A DNA stretch of 64,000 nt from Mobula birostris (Eukaryota). Location of the stretch: NCBI RefSeq assembly GCF_030028105.1, contig NC_092391.1:30725223-30789222 (forward strand), given 5' to 3'. Under the pieces are notes generated by a model. The model was given only the letters and a program-made list of their open reading frames with translations, did no database searches and had not been told where the DNA came from. The position numbers and the translations under genes are program-made. This document shows, in pieces, positions 62,828 to 64,000 of the stretch (position 1 is the first letter of the stretch; each line of letters starts with the position of its first letter).

Positions 62828-64000
62828 TTCAAAGTTCAAAGTTCAATTTATTACCAAAGTACAAATACAGTGCATCGCCATATACAACCCTGAGATTCAT
62901 TTTCTTGTGGGCATACTCAATAAATCCAAAATAGAATAGCAAACAAAATAGAATCAATGAAAGACCACCCAACTTTGGCATTCAACAAGTGTGCAAAAGA
63001 CAACAAACTGTGCAAATACAAAAAGAATAATAATAAATAAATAAGCAATAATTCTTGAGAACATGAGATAAAGAGTCCTTGCAAGTGAGTTCGTAGGTTG
63101 TGGGAGCATATCAGTGATGGGGCAAGTGAAGTTGAATAAAGTTATTCCTTTTGGCTTAAAAGCCTGATAGTTGAGGAGTAGTAATTGTTCCTGAAACTGG
63201 AGAAGGTGCTGAACCTCCTGTACCTTCTCCCTGATAGACAAAAGCATGGTCTGGGTGGGGGGGGGGGGGGTCCCTGATAATAGATGCTGCTTTCCTGCAA
63301 CAATGCTCCATGTAAATATGCTCAATGGTGGGGAGGGGTTTACCCATGATGGACTGGGCCATATTCACTACATTTTGTAGGATTTTCTATTCAAGGGCAT
63401 TGGTGTTTCCATACTAGGCTGTGATGCAGCCAAGCATAATACCCTCCTCAACATATCTATAGAAGTTTGTCAAAGTTTTAGATGTCATGCCAAATATTCA
63501 GAAACTCAAATGAAGGAAGAGATGCTGCTGTACTTTTCCGTAATTGCACTCATGTGCTGGGCCCAGGACAGGTCCTCTGAAACAATAACACCGAGGAATT
63601 TAAAGTTGCTGACCCTCTCCACCTCTGATCCTCCAGTAAGGACTGGCTCATGGACCTCTGCTTTCCTCCCCCTGAAGTCAATAACCAGCTCCTTGGTCTT
63701 GCAGACATTGAGTAAGAGATTGCTGTGGCACTACTCACCTAGGTTTTCAATCTTCCTCCTACATGCTGATTCTTCACCACCTTTGATTCTACCTGCAGCA
63801 GTGGTTTCATCAGCAAACTTAAATATGGCTTTGGAGCTGCACTTAGCCACACAGTCATGTAAAGTGAGTGAGAACAGGGGCTAAGAACACAGTCTGTGGT
63901 GCACCTGTTCTAGTGGAGATTGTGGAGGAGATGTTGTTGCCAATCCAAACTGTCTGGGGTCTGCAAGTAACGAAATCAAGGATCCAATTGTGCAAGGAGG
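62828..64000 (-). mobile_element. Rex1/Babar LINE RT and 3' end, running off the window edge
   Basis: [16 protein letters not shown]...GAPQ...FKFADETT...KTKELVIDFR...ERVSNFKFLGV; ttcaaagttcaaagttcaa tail. Confidence 0.92.

Overview
Eukaryotic, AT-rich, CpG-depleted vertebrate DNA. The repeat complement (CR1, Rex1/Babar, RTE and L1 LINE fragments, Penelope-like elements, V-SINE and Deu-SINE relics, mariner/Tc1/hAT MITEs, solo-LTR-like pieces) suggests a cartilaginous fish, probably a ray; this is inference. The only host coding sequence I can support is one 266-bp internal exon on the minus strand (25512-25777), which encodes a clear astrotactin-2 (ASTN2) MACPF-region peptide. The rest of the window appears to be the two flanking introns. 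The upstream intron (25778 to beyond 64000) corresponds to the human ASTN2 intron that hosts TRIM32, but no TRIM32 ORF is visible here. Nearly all ORFs in the supplied track are chance ORFs or decayed transposon frames. The most interesting signals are: minimal hammerhead-ribozyme motifs in Penelope tails, with intact cores only antisense to ASTN2; a fold-back mariner MITE carrying a circularly permuted Penelope insert; a 3-kb nested hAT element with a perfect 8-bp TSD; a 5'-intact CR1 with a CCAAT/TATA layout pointing at the ASTN2 exon; and a solo LTR with three octamer motifs plus an apparent locally templated insertion. I found no evidence for a wholly new multi-gene system. Repeat boundaries were read by eye and are approximate unless a TIR or TSD is quoted. 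Family assignments come from remembered motifs, not database searches.
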